From assembly GCA_051294905.1 (NCBI GenBank), contig CM119371.1, positions 30,258,001-30,322,000 on the forward strand: a stretch of 64,000 bases of DNA, in the 5' to 3' direction. Below are positions 14,501-26,500 of this stretch, one piece after another (within the stretch, counting starts at the first letter, position 1; each line of letters begins with the position of its first letter). The position numbers were made by a program, and so were the translations under genes. Under the pieces are notes generated by a model. It made no database searches and was not told the origin of the DNA. It saw only the letters and a program-made list of their open reading frames with translations. This DNA comes from Botryllus schlosseri (taxonomy: Eukaryota).

Positions 14501-17500
14501 GTCAAGTCATGACTCGAGTCCTCCCAACACTGATCTGAATGGAGTGTCAACTGTAATGATGCAACTCGAGATGGTCACGAAGACTTATTGCTAGGCTATT
14601 GTTATCAGGTTCAACTTATGTTCGTTACGCCGCCAACTACAAGCTACGAGACCCCCTTGGCTTGGGACCATGATGCATCATGGCCTCCCTTCGAATGTTA
14701 GCTCGAAGTTATTAGGTAAATTATCGTGCTACCCCCATCTATCTTGTGCAAATATAAACTGTGGACTAGTGAGAACCAGCAACAAAATAACCTACTGAAA
14801 CTATTATCATACGTAAAATCATTTTCACAAACATGGTGGTAGTGACTGTAGGAATGACGCGGAACGCTTCTGACGATACCTTTTTCTATGCACAAAAATT
14901 GAGAAAAAGAATTTTCTTGAACATATGATACCCAGCCTCGTCCTTTCTATCTCGCACCTCGCCTTCAAATTATTTTTGAATAGTGGATTTATGATTCGAG
15001 TCATGACAATGTGTGATTTTTCTCCCAGGCGCCCAAGTCTGCATATCCGACCATCTCCTTCGACACGGCCAAGGAAGAGTGGGCGGTCTGTTTCGATGGC
15101 CAAGAAGTAACTTGTTGCAATGGATTCCACGAGGCACTTGCAGTGCTACTGGGTGTTCACTGGGTCTTCAACATCGAGTTTGCGTCTCAGCTCAAAAACT
15201 CATTGACATTTATGTCTATTTTCCTCGCGAGATTGCCGGGCGCCAAGTGCAACAGTTTAACTGTCCGCACCAAACTTTCTCTAATCAGTGACTAATAAAG
15301 ATACTATTTGGCAATCGGTGACTCTAATCCAAATCCATCAAAAAATATCCTCAAATCATAATATAATTCTATCCGTCACTGGTCAGTGTAGTGAAATTTT
15401 CCTCTCAACAACGTGATCTAAGCTATCAATAGATTCTGATATTGCGTGTTCTCGAGCAATATGGCAAGAAGCTTCCAACAGCTCCAACGACTTACTAAAC
15501 AATTTGTTGTGATTGAACTCTATTCATTGATCCGGTTTTCCCAAACCCTACTCCATGTGAATGTCTGATCGATACACAACTACCGTTGTCACGCTTTGCT
15601 TTCTTGAAGAAATTGACTGCCCATATGCAGTTTATACTCAGTTTCTGCGCTCTCGAATCGAGTTAAATTAGCTTTGCATCGTTTATGATGACAAATCAAC
15701 AATTTCGTAGGATTGACAGAAATTTTTTGATAATATAATTTAAATTGGCTCTCCTGCGGCTTATTCTAGGATTGAATGAAATTTGGTGTGCAGCGTTTTA
15801 ATGGTAACCTGGTAATTTGATCACTGAATGGCTATAACTCCGCAAAAAAAATCCTTTTTGACGTCTCTAATACTGACCAGGAATCTGAAAGCAACATACC
15901 TTCTTATCGCAAATTACATGGAGTTGCATTTAAATCTCTCTCTCAAAATTTGGCATCGTTCTGAACAATTGCAACCACTTTGGCATTGCTTTTATAGATT
16001 GCTGATCAGTATCAGGGTCGTTAAAAATAATCTTTTTTCTTGATTCCTTCAAGTATAGTGAAGACGGAGTTGCGTATCTGTCCTAAGGCTCGTTATCTTT
16101 AGTAAAGTGGGTCACTGATAAAAGAAAGTTTGGCTTTCCGCTTTTTTTATCCGTACAGTTTAGTCATTTGGACTATTAACACGCAAATAAAGTTGGCAGC
16201 TAAAGTGAATCAATGATTTATGCCAATATTCGATGAGGATTTGTGAGGTAAGGTGTATGAGAATCTGTATGGAGGGCTCGAGGTTATCAGGTTAGTATTT
16301 GGATGGCCTCCAGATAGGGGAAACGTGGAAGAGATTCCACCTTTGCAGGAGGATACAAAAATCACCCTAAAAGGGTGGAACATATTCCACCCTAAAAAGG
16401 AGGAATATTGCTCCACCTCACAAAGGTGGAACCGGGCCACCCTTTTAGGGTGATTTTTGTATCCTCCTTTAAAGGTGGGCCCAGTTTTTACAGTGCATAT
16501 GCGCACGTGCGCAGCTTCAATAGAACATTGCCCGCGGGCCCCCTGTAGCCCGCGAGGACTAGATGGGTAGCCCGCGAGCCTGTTCCAAAAATCGATCGAA
16601 TAGCAGCACTTATCACTGAGCTTTTATAATATATGGCCTATATAGATTGATTTAGCTATTATTGTTTAAATCACACTAACATGTAACTTATTACGAATGA
16701 CAATGAATACATAAGCCTATAGACACTTGAATTGATGATATCAAATATCCTCAATTACAATTAGTAATATACCAGTATATAATCGAATCACAAGATATCG
16801 AAGAATGAGGATACGGCGCAGTACTTATACAGCCGTATGACGGAAGGCCATCCACGGTTTTCTTCAAATGGCGGGGGGCTCCGGTATGGTAGCTCGACGT
16901 CCGGGACAATGCCAAAGGAGTAAACAACATTACTATTCAGTAGCAGATAGCTGAGAAGCACTTTCTCAATATATTTCAATACTTGCATACCCATTACGTA
17001 GACCAGGGGTCGGCAACCTTTTGGTAGTCACGGGCCAAATTCCGAGTGTACAACTTTTTCGTGGGCCGGAATTTTTCCTAATACTATATTTTATGCTCAC
17101 TTCGATACATCATCCTACATTGCTGCAATCTCAATCATACCAATAACAAAACACATTTATTTACACTTCAACAATGCAGAATAAATGTGACAATTGACGC
17201 AGCTTCCTTTGTGAAAGGTTTTCAACTTTTGGTAACAATTCAGATAGCAAGAATCAAACCATATTTTAAATGTGCGTCCGGAATAGTGATCTTAGTTTGC
17301 TCTTCGTGAATTTCATTGTTGATCACTATTGTCAACATGCGTACGTGCTACCAAAAATCGATGCAATTTCTTTTGCATTGTTGGTCAAGCTGGGATAAAG
17401 ACCAATTTCAAGAATGTAGGCTACTCTTTGTAAACTCATGCAGCGATATGCTCTTTGTATGAAATTTGTCATTCAATTCAACTGCATCGCATTTCAAAAC

Positions 17501-20500
17501 GGCCCATTTGAAATTTTCAGGCAATGGTATTGGCGTTCACATTAAACGGAGTACTGAATAGTCGGAATTTATTTTGTAGAGAAGGAATTTAGGAAAAGCG
17601 GGTGAATATTCAGTAATTAAATTTCGTATCACAGTTACAAATGTAGTGTTGGTACTAGGTTTTCTCTCATCCAGTATAGGAACGTGAGCATAATTTGTTT
17701 GTATTGTTGCCATTCCCGGGGTCGCAGATTTGTTTCGAATGCGCCTCAACATCTCATGTATTCAGCTGTTTTCCCCCGAAGCTGCAAATCCAATTTGTTC
17801 AGATGTGACGTTAAATGTACAAAGAAAGCAAGATTACATAACCATTTTCGATTACAAGATTATGAGTCGGCAATACTTGTATTTGTGCTCTGATGAGGTG
17901 TGACAATAAAGGTGTCCTTCCTCTGCTTGTTGGAATCAATCAATCAATCAATCGTTGGGTTATACTTTTCATCGGAACAAGTCACACACAATGTGCAATG
18001 CGATAAGACACAATGCGATGTCATGAGCAGATAGGATGATGTCGAACGACACGCAGTTGCGATCCTATTATTCTAACATCCATCTCGGCCTAGAGTGCCC
18101 GATGTCACAGTTCTTTTCGATGTTGATATTTTTGAAGCCGCGGCCCTTTCTACTAGTTCTTTCCGTTCCTAGGTAGTGCTTTCTTTCTTCCCTCGGGTCT
18201 TTTTCTGGGCTTTTGTGTCGCCGTAAGAACGGCGTAAGAACGGCGACGGCGGGGGAAGAGGAGCCCAGATAAACCTCCGACTGGAATCGAACAGGGCCGC
18301 CAGATTGGTAGACGCTTATCGTCACCACTATAGGCTATGTCCCCCGCCAAAAACGCTTGGATTATCTCAGACGCAATGACAAAATCTCAAAGTTGCAATG
18401 TTTAATTATAGATTAACTAGCCTCCGTAGGTTAGTTATTTATAGTTAAATTCATCAGAAGGCAATGTGCGCTAAGACAACAAACCTGAATAGTGTTTTGG
18501 TCACAATGATGAAAACTGTTTATATGATTTGGTACGCCAGATAATATTAGAAGCAGGGCTGTAACAGCACTTCACCAGCCCCCCCCCAAAGCGTTGGTCT
18601 TGGGGCCCCCATAGGGTGATAAACCTAACTTCTGCGGGGCTTCGCTCGGCGCGAAGAAATTTCTATAATTCATGACTGAATCGGTCAATATGATCGGGAA
18701 TTGCATATATATTGCTATGAATTTTTACCCTCTCTCTGCTCACGTAATCTGATTTACCGGTAGAGCTGAGTGAGGTGTGTTTGAAAAGGTAGGAACCCTC
18801 AATACTAGCTAAACATCTCCGGGTGTATACCCGTCGATAGGAACGAAACAGCACTTCCTCAGGCCCCCCAAAAAACTTGAGTCATGGGCTTCCATTAGGT
18901 GATAAACCGTCCCCCATCACGTTGCTCACTTTTACCACGAAGTTATAGTGGTACCGTTTCGTGCTGAGCAAGCGCTATGCGCGAAAATCTTCGATAATTC
19001 ATGATAAATCGGTCGGGAATTGCATATATATTGCTATAAATTTCTTGTCCTCTCTACTCATATTTGCCGGTATAGCTTAGTGAGGTGTCTGCGAAACTGT
19101 AGAGCCCGTAAATAATAATTAAACATATTCGGGCGGGCGTACACGTCTGTATGACTTCGTTACATAATGTTATTTCGTGACCTCCTGTCTGCTACATCAA
19201 AAAATATAGAATCGCCCAAACGTACTAAACTAAAAGTACACACGATTTCAAATTGGTATTCTTCATTGTCATATAATTTTTCTCTGCGTGATGGTATCTG
19301 TCTTGTAAGGTTCAGGTTGCCAAGACATTCGGCGCCAGGCATTCAGGCGCCTATGGACAATTAAACCTATGTGTAATTTGTATATATAACGACGTTTTCG
19401 GTCAGTATAAGGGCAGTCCCTTTCGGCCGAAGTTTTCTCGCTGCCGATCGTTCTGGCACACTTCTTGGAGTCGCATATTGCATGGTCTGAGACTTTATAC
19501 GTCTTGGTTCGTCGTGGCGCGGTAATGACCAACGCTGATATGCCCATTTCTATAAATGTTGCGTAATTTTTCTTGGGGGAAAAGTATCCAACAATAAAGA
19601 AATTCGGCAACTTTAAATCGCGCGCAGCGCGAAAAATTTCTGAAAAAGTTGCACGAATTTTCAAAAAATACTCTATAATTTATGCTAATTCATGAAATAA
19701 TTTTGGGCCCCCTTCGAGCTCGCCCCCCCCCCCAATTGGGGGGTTTGGGGTGCGGCAGTTACGGCCCTGATTAGAAGCAGAGAAATAATATGGCAATGTC
19801 CTGTATATCTGCTATGTTCGCGCAATAATTCGAGCAGCTATACTTGCACGAGTGTACGAACTGAGAAATGAAATTGCAACTCTCCTCGAAAATACAAATA
19901 TCGCCGACTCATAATCTTGTAATCGAAAATGGTTATCTAATCTTACTCTCTTTGTAGGCTATATTAAACGTCACATCTGAACAAATTGGATTTGCAACTT
20001 CGGGGGAAAACAGCTAAATACATGAGATGTTGAGGCGCATTCGAAACAAATCTGCGAACCTGGGAATGTCAACAATACAAAGAAATTATGCTCACGTTCC
20101 TATACTGGATGAGAGAAAACCTAGTACCAACACTACATTTGTAACTGTGATACGAAATTTAATTACTGAATATTCACCCGCTTTTCCCAAATTCCTTCTC
20201 TACAAAATAAATTCCAACTATTCAGTACTCCGTTTAAAAAGTATGGTACACCTTCGGTTGCGAGATACACCCGATTGATAAGTACTGATATAGTCTACTG
20301 TACAGACAACCTCCATCTCTTACTTCAACCACCTTCGTTTTATGGCGTAACAATAGACTAATACGATCTAGGCTACTTACATCGTAGCAATGCCGCATTC
20401 TTCCCAAGCAGTGCTGCACTGCAGATTGAAACTCATTATTAAACGGCGAGCCGTATTCTTGTGATAACTAATTATGATGTCGCGGGCCGGACGATTTCGC

Positions 20501-23500
20501 TTGGCGGGCCGGATCCGGCCCGCGGACCGTAGGTTGCCGACCCTTGACGTAGACTGTTGTATCATTTGACACAGCTTGATTCTCTTACACTCAACAGTTT
20601 AGTAGAACCATCTTTCTAACTTTCTGTAATCGTTGCTGCTGTCCGGTATGATGACGTCTGTTTAAGGCGCGATGCTGAACAGTTGGAGATAGAAATTGTA
20701 TCACTGTAAGATGACCCCCTCACCCCTAAGCCCACCAGGCTGCATCAAACTTTTGGTGCCTTGTTGACACGAAAAAGTACAGTGGTGTATGCACAGCTGC
20801 TATGAAGTTTACAGGTATGTTTTGTTCAACTTATCGTTGTGAATCAGCCTTTGCGGACATGAACTTCATAAAAAAAACACAGAGCACGCCTCACTGATGC
20901 ACATCTGGAAGACTCACTCAGAGTTGCGGGGTCAAGGTCCATACCAGAATACAGCGCACTAGTTAATAGCATGCAATGCCAGGTTTCCCACAGACTGACA
21001 TAGAAACAGATAACATGATGTCCAGTCCAAATTGTTACATGATTTATTTAAAATTTTGATTTGACTGTTGTTGCATAATTTACAGTACACAAACATGGTG
21101 TTAGTGGCTACCTAGTTGAAATGAGATGTTTAGATTTCACAAGACTGTCCTAAAAGTCTTACCGCAATGTGATCCCTACCCCGTGCTATGAATATCAAAG
21201 TTGAAATTCAGTATGGAACGAGTAAACTGCGGGAGTGGATGGTAGTCAGCCGCTTAAATCAGTACTCGGCTGCAAAAAGGTTGGTAACTACTGTCTTAGA
21301 GCTTACAGAGGACCAGGTGCAGCATTTCTAGTTTATTTCATGTCCAAGCATAGCAATGGCTGTGAAGCTGCTAAAATAAATGTTCTCTAGTTTTGGGGAC
21401 GCACTTTAAGCTGGATATATCTACATATATCATTGGCTGGATACTATATTTTTCGAATGTTGGCAGAAGATCGGCTTTACTGGTAAAGTTACTATCAGGG
21501 CCATAACAGCACTTCGTCAGCACCCCCCCCAAAAAAATAACGTTGGTATTGGCCCCCCGCAGGGTGATAAACCGAACTTCTGGGGGACTTCGCCCCCCAG
21601 ACCTCCCTCTCCCGATACCTTTTTACCGCGACTTCTCGGCGAAATTTGTTGTACTGTATAGTTAGCAGACCTGTTCGCATATACCGCGCGAAACGCGAAA
21701 AATTTCAATAATAGGTCAATATGATCGGGAATTGCATATATATTACTGTCAAGTTTTTATCCTCTTTTTGCTCATGCAATCAGATTTACCGGTAGAGCTG
21801 AACGAGGTGTCTTGGAAAATGTAGGGCCCGTAAATAATATTTAATCATATTCGGGCGAACCCGTGGTATAATGAATTCGTTACGTGATGGTATTTCGTGG
21901 CCTGTCTGCTATGTCAAAAGATATTGAAGTCGCCCGAACTTACTAAACTAAAAGACGCATGCGATTTCAAACTGGTATTTCTGCACTGGCAAATAAATTT
22001 TCTCTGCGGGATGGCCTTTGTCTTGTGGGATTCAGATTGCCAGGACAGGGACATTTGGCGCCAGACATTTAGGCGCCTATGGACTATTAAGCATATACGT
22101 ATTTATATCGAAGCTTGTGGCCAGCATAAGGGCAGTTGTTTTCCGCCTATGATTTCTCGTTTTGGCACACTTCTCGTCGTCGCATGTTATATGGCCTAAA
22201 ACTTTATATGTCTTGCTGCGTCATGGCGAGGTAATGGCCGACGTTGAAATGCCGATTCCTCTCACTCATGCGTTATTTTTCTTGGGGGAAGGGTACCCAA
22301 TAATCAAGAAATTACAAACCATTAAATCGCGCGCAGTGCGAAAAGATTTTGAAAAAGTTGCATAAATTTCCAACAAAATACTATATAATTTATGTTAATT
22401 CACGAAATAGTTTTGGGTCCCTTCGAGCTCGATCCCCATTGGGGGTTTGGGGCGTGGCAGTTACGATCCTGGGTACTATATATATCGCTTTGATCGGTAT
22501 CGGCTGGAAATCCGATAACGGCCGTGCTGTAATCTCGAATATGTAAGCCAGTGCGTAACATTAAATGACCTCAGAACGCGTATTCCTTTCTGGTAGCCAT
22601 ATATCTAAATACGGAACGTTGATTTGAAAAACTTCTATAGAGATGCGTATGTGAAACTGCCTTATGTTTCTTTAGAATGCAGAAACTGCAGTCATAATTG
22701 TACCGTAAACGAAAGGGCTCCTGTACAGTGCACGTGTTACGATGGTTACAAGTTGCGAGCGGATGGATTGACTTGCGAAGGTATATCATTAGGCCTACCA
22801 ATAAAAGTATTCGGTAACGAATAACTTCTCCTCTATTTAAGGATTCAAGTATGTCGTCTTCGCTATGTCACTATATTTACTCAACATTTCTTGATTATTT
22901 CATGAAAACAAGTGCCTACTTTCCCGCTGTGTAGGCCTAGTGCATTTAAAACAAAGATCTTTCTAAAAAAATTTGTTTTTTTCAAGTTGTAAAATTATTC
23001 TATAATTGTGTAAATACTTTTCAAAAAACATGTTGCATGAGCCTACGGACAAATACCACCAGGTATATAACCGCCGTTTATCGATATGGGATGGTTGGGA
23101 CCTTCGAAATAGTCGGTACTAAGTAGGCCTACATATACTTCGTCAAAGGAGCTATATTAACCATCTATTTTCAATTGTAAATGTTGATCTCATATGACGT
23201 CACAATTGAATATTCGTGACGTCATGACTGTACAAAAAAAACGTTTTAAATTAGGGCCTTGTTTTAAACATGCTTGTTGAGCCCGAGGTAGGGTATAATT
23301 GCAGACCGCAAGGTAAATAATGCGCTCCGCGAAGAAATTTGAATTTGGAATCACGTACGTCTCACGAAGGAAGTTCTTTTTGTAGTTTCTTATCGTACGC
23401 GTGAAAGCAATGGCGAGCGCAGTAGCGGCTGTGGTTTAAAATCGAAACCCAGTCTTTCTGAAATGGCGATTCCATCTCCAATATTTATATGATCATTTTT

Positions 23501-26500
23501 AAAAAGCCAATTGGAATCACGTTTGCGTTTCGACGAAAAAGAGGACACTTTTTACAAGTCATTATACCGTTTTTCTTAAGAGTTTTTCACTCGCAGCAAA
23601 TGGTTTGAACAGAAACAAGAACAAGGAACGGGAAATTAAACAGCGAAAACTGGGTTTGTGTCTCTGCGTGGAAAAATGAATTTGCTTTATCAGATATAAA
23701 TGGAAAGTCGATGCGTCATATTTGTCGACAAGGATCTTGAAATGATACCACGACAGTTTCTTCTGGATAGTTTTACACATAGCCTGATCTTAGAAAACGT
23801 TATCAGCTAGAAGTCAAGCCGGAAATCCATATTTAGAGGCGTTGAAATTATCGACGACGTTATAGACGCATCTTTCAAAATTGCTTGGAATATCGAGAAA
23901 CTCAAGAAATATGCTAGAGAGGTGTTATTTAAATAAAACTTTACCAGAGGCTACTGTACGAATATTCGCTGTTTCAGAATCTTAGCAGCAAGGACAACAT
24001 TACCTGACAAATTTCGAAGCTACAGTTATTTGATTCAACCAGGACCGGAAGAGTAACAGCAATTTTACAATGCAATGTTTTATCGCATGTTCTGAAACAC
24101 GTTGCCGCGTATCTATAGACTCACTTTAGCCGCCCAGCATTGGACGACTCCACAGATATAGCATAGCTAATTTATTTTGGTCCATTTTATCAGAGTGGAC
24201 ACATTTGCAGAGGAAAAGCTTGCAGGGAAAACGTGGGGAGGGGGCCATCATCAACTTGACAAAGCTGACTTCTGTGACTATATTGTTGCAGGGCTACAGC
24301 CATGGAAGGAAAGGAGAAGGGTTGATTGGTTTTCTCATAAATGACCCCGAACGCCACCCTTCTACTTCTCATATGACTGAAAGTTCAAAATGATAATGGC
24401 TCCAGTAACGAAAAAGTTACCGTAATTTTCTACTTGCTCGCTCACGCACGCAATGAAACAGAGTACGATTCTCTTGTGGAAGGGTATGAAGGTGTGGTCT
24501 GGGTGTGCTCAGATCAATTGACCCTACCCAGAGTCATATCGATCACACCCTGTTTCACACCGCTAAGTTACTTGTTATGATTTCATGTGCCAATGTTATT
24601 TTCTTTACGGTTTGACGAATCAATAAATATTTCTCTCTCTTTCTCATATACTCATATACTTGGCAACGAATGCAATGCACGCTCCATGAAGGGATTGACT
24701 TGCACCGCTGGAATCTGCATATTCTCACAAAAACAGCAAGCTCTAGAAAGAATAAAAATGTTCTAAATGTCCGTATACGCCTGGCAAATAAAGTACAGTA
24801 GCCTAAAGTTATTATAAGACCACAAATAGCCTCCCTGGTAATAATTTTCTGCGGCCCGCAGCGTCTTTTGCTGTTAAAATGCGGCCCGTTATACGAGTGA
24901 AGTTGAGAACCCCTAGTCTAGAAAGTCGTGTATGGTAGTAATTAAGGCTTGAAATGAATCGTCACGTTCGACGGTTCGTATATTCCCTCTGAATTAGGTA
25001 GGCTGTGGATATTTTTGAGCGAGATAGTGTAATGGTTGTGCGTCGGGCTTCTCGAGCGGTAGGTCGTGGGTTCGATCCCCGGTCGGGTCATACCAAAGAC
25101 TCGAAAATTGGTATCCGCAGCTATCCTGCTAGGCGCTCAGAAATCACGGATAGCATGCAGGAGAAAAAATGGGGGTGCAGACTAGATGACCTCATGGGGC
25201 CGTATCGCAACTCCGCCGTCAAAGCATCTCGATGGTGCAGGCGAAAAAGAATATCATCTCTCTCTCTCTCTCTCTCTTGGTATACAGTATTCAATATTCC
25301 ATTATGCATCAGTAACAGTAGGCCTATGCAGTGCATATTAAGATCGGACGGTTGTCGTCGCCATTTAAAGAATATTTAGCGTCTTTCATTTATCGCAACC
25401 GCATCTTTTTCTTTTTTTTTTTTATCAATTGGGAACTCTTATGACGCATGAATGATTACCCCGGCAACTTTTGAAGACTACACCTCAAACCTCGAACTAA
25501 AATAATTGCTTTCAGACATCGACGAATGTGCAGAAAACCTTTTAACCTGCACAGACGACGAGGTCTGCCGTAATTACAAAGGTTTCGCTGAATGTATAAA
25601 TAGATGCCGTGCTTTCTCGCGTCACGGCTACGCAATATCGCAGTCCTACGAGAAATCCTGCTGCAAACAAACCAACGGTAAGGCAATGCGGTGATGGCTC
25701 GCGAATTATTCATTAAATTTTGGATGTCGTTTTAGGACAGTGTGGGGTTAACCAAATTCCTTCGCTGCGGATTTTTAGAGGCAACGTGCCATTTTCCCCT
25801 TGGCAGGTAAATTCCATCAGTCATTTTGGGATAAATCCACCTAGTTGACTGCAGATGAAGTCGGCCTCTACCTATTCAATTACCTATTGTCGTAGTAGTC
25901 TACTTATTACCAAAGTAATGGTATCGAGGTGTCCATTAAAGTTTAAATAGTACAATCGTACAAATACTAAATTATGGATATTTGCAGAAGTAATCCCGCG
26001 ATTGAATTGTCGTATGATTCAAATACACGAATTGTATTGAAGTTCTGAATCCAGAATGTGTATATCGCCGGTTAGGCTAACTGACCACGTACCGATTAGA
26101 TCAGTGGTTCTCAAACTGGGGGTGCGCCTCCCTTGGAGGCGTGTGAGTATCTGAATGGGGGCGCGAAGCTCTGGTCGACTGAAAAATATTTTGCGCTCCG
26201 CGCGTTTATTACTCTGTATAGTCCGAATTTCATATTTGAGGATTATCTCATCAACTGTCAACTGCCATACAATTACTAGTTGGGATTGCCAGCATTCTGG
26301 TTGCATTTTGCGATATGGTGATAAGAGGGAGCGAAATTTTTCACTATCATAAAGGAGGAAGTCTAGTCACCGGATTAGATTGTTTACCTGTTGACAGAGC
26401 GAGTGAGGCATACTTCGATATCAGTATTATTGATTCATCTGAAGCAATAAGTTTGATGAACATAGACCTACCAAAATAGTAAGGATCAAGTTTCATGCTC

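Larger units (their letters stand above)
4485..16495 (+). mobile_element. Apparently full-length autonomous EnSpm/CACTA (CMC superfamily) DNA transposon, ~12 kb
   Basis: Terminal inverted repeats CACTGTAAAAA (4485) and TTTTTACAGTG (ends 16495); 2-bp TSD CA on both sides (4483-4484, 16496-16497); AGGTGG/CCACCT subterminal arrays at both ends; transposase ORF plus a spliced second gene inside. Confidence 0.92.
4323..16530. mobile_element. Small (~200 bp) hAT-type MITE split by the EnSpm insertion
   Basis: Ends CAATGTTC... and ...GAACATTG; TSD CGCGCGGG/CCCGCGGG (7/8); the TGCGCA-rich halves join across the CA TSD of the EnSpm element. Confidence 0.75.
4295..21293 (+). mobile_element. Outer degenerate hAT (Charlie/Buster-like) element hosting the nested stack
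   Basis: Left end CAGGGATCACCAAC, right end GTTGGTAACTACTG; 8-bp TSD TCTTAGCG/TCTTAGAG (7/8); hAT transposase C-terminal remnant near the right end. Confidence 0.75.

Noticed and set aside
17537..20278. Pair of similar small ORFs (MLRRIRNKSA...) as small genes
   Set aside because: Frameshifted pieces of a decayed hAT transposase lying in an inverted duplication.
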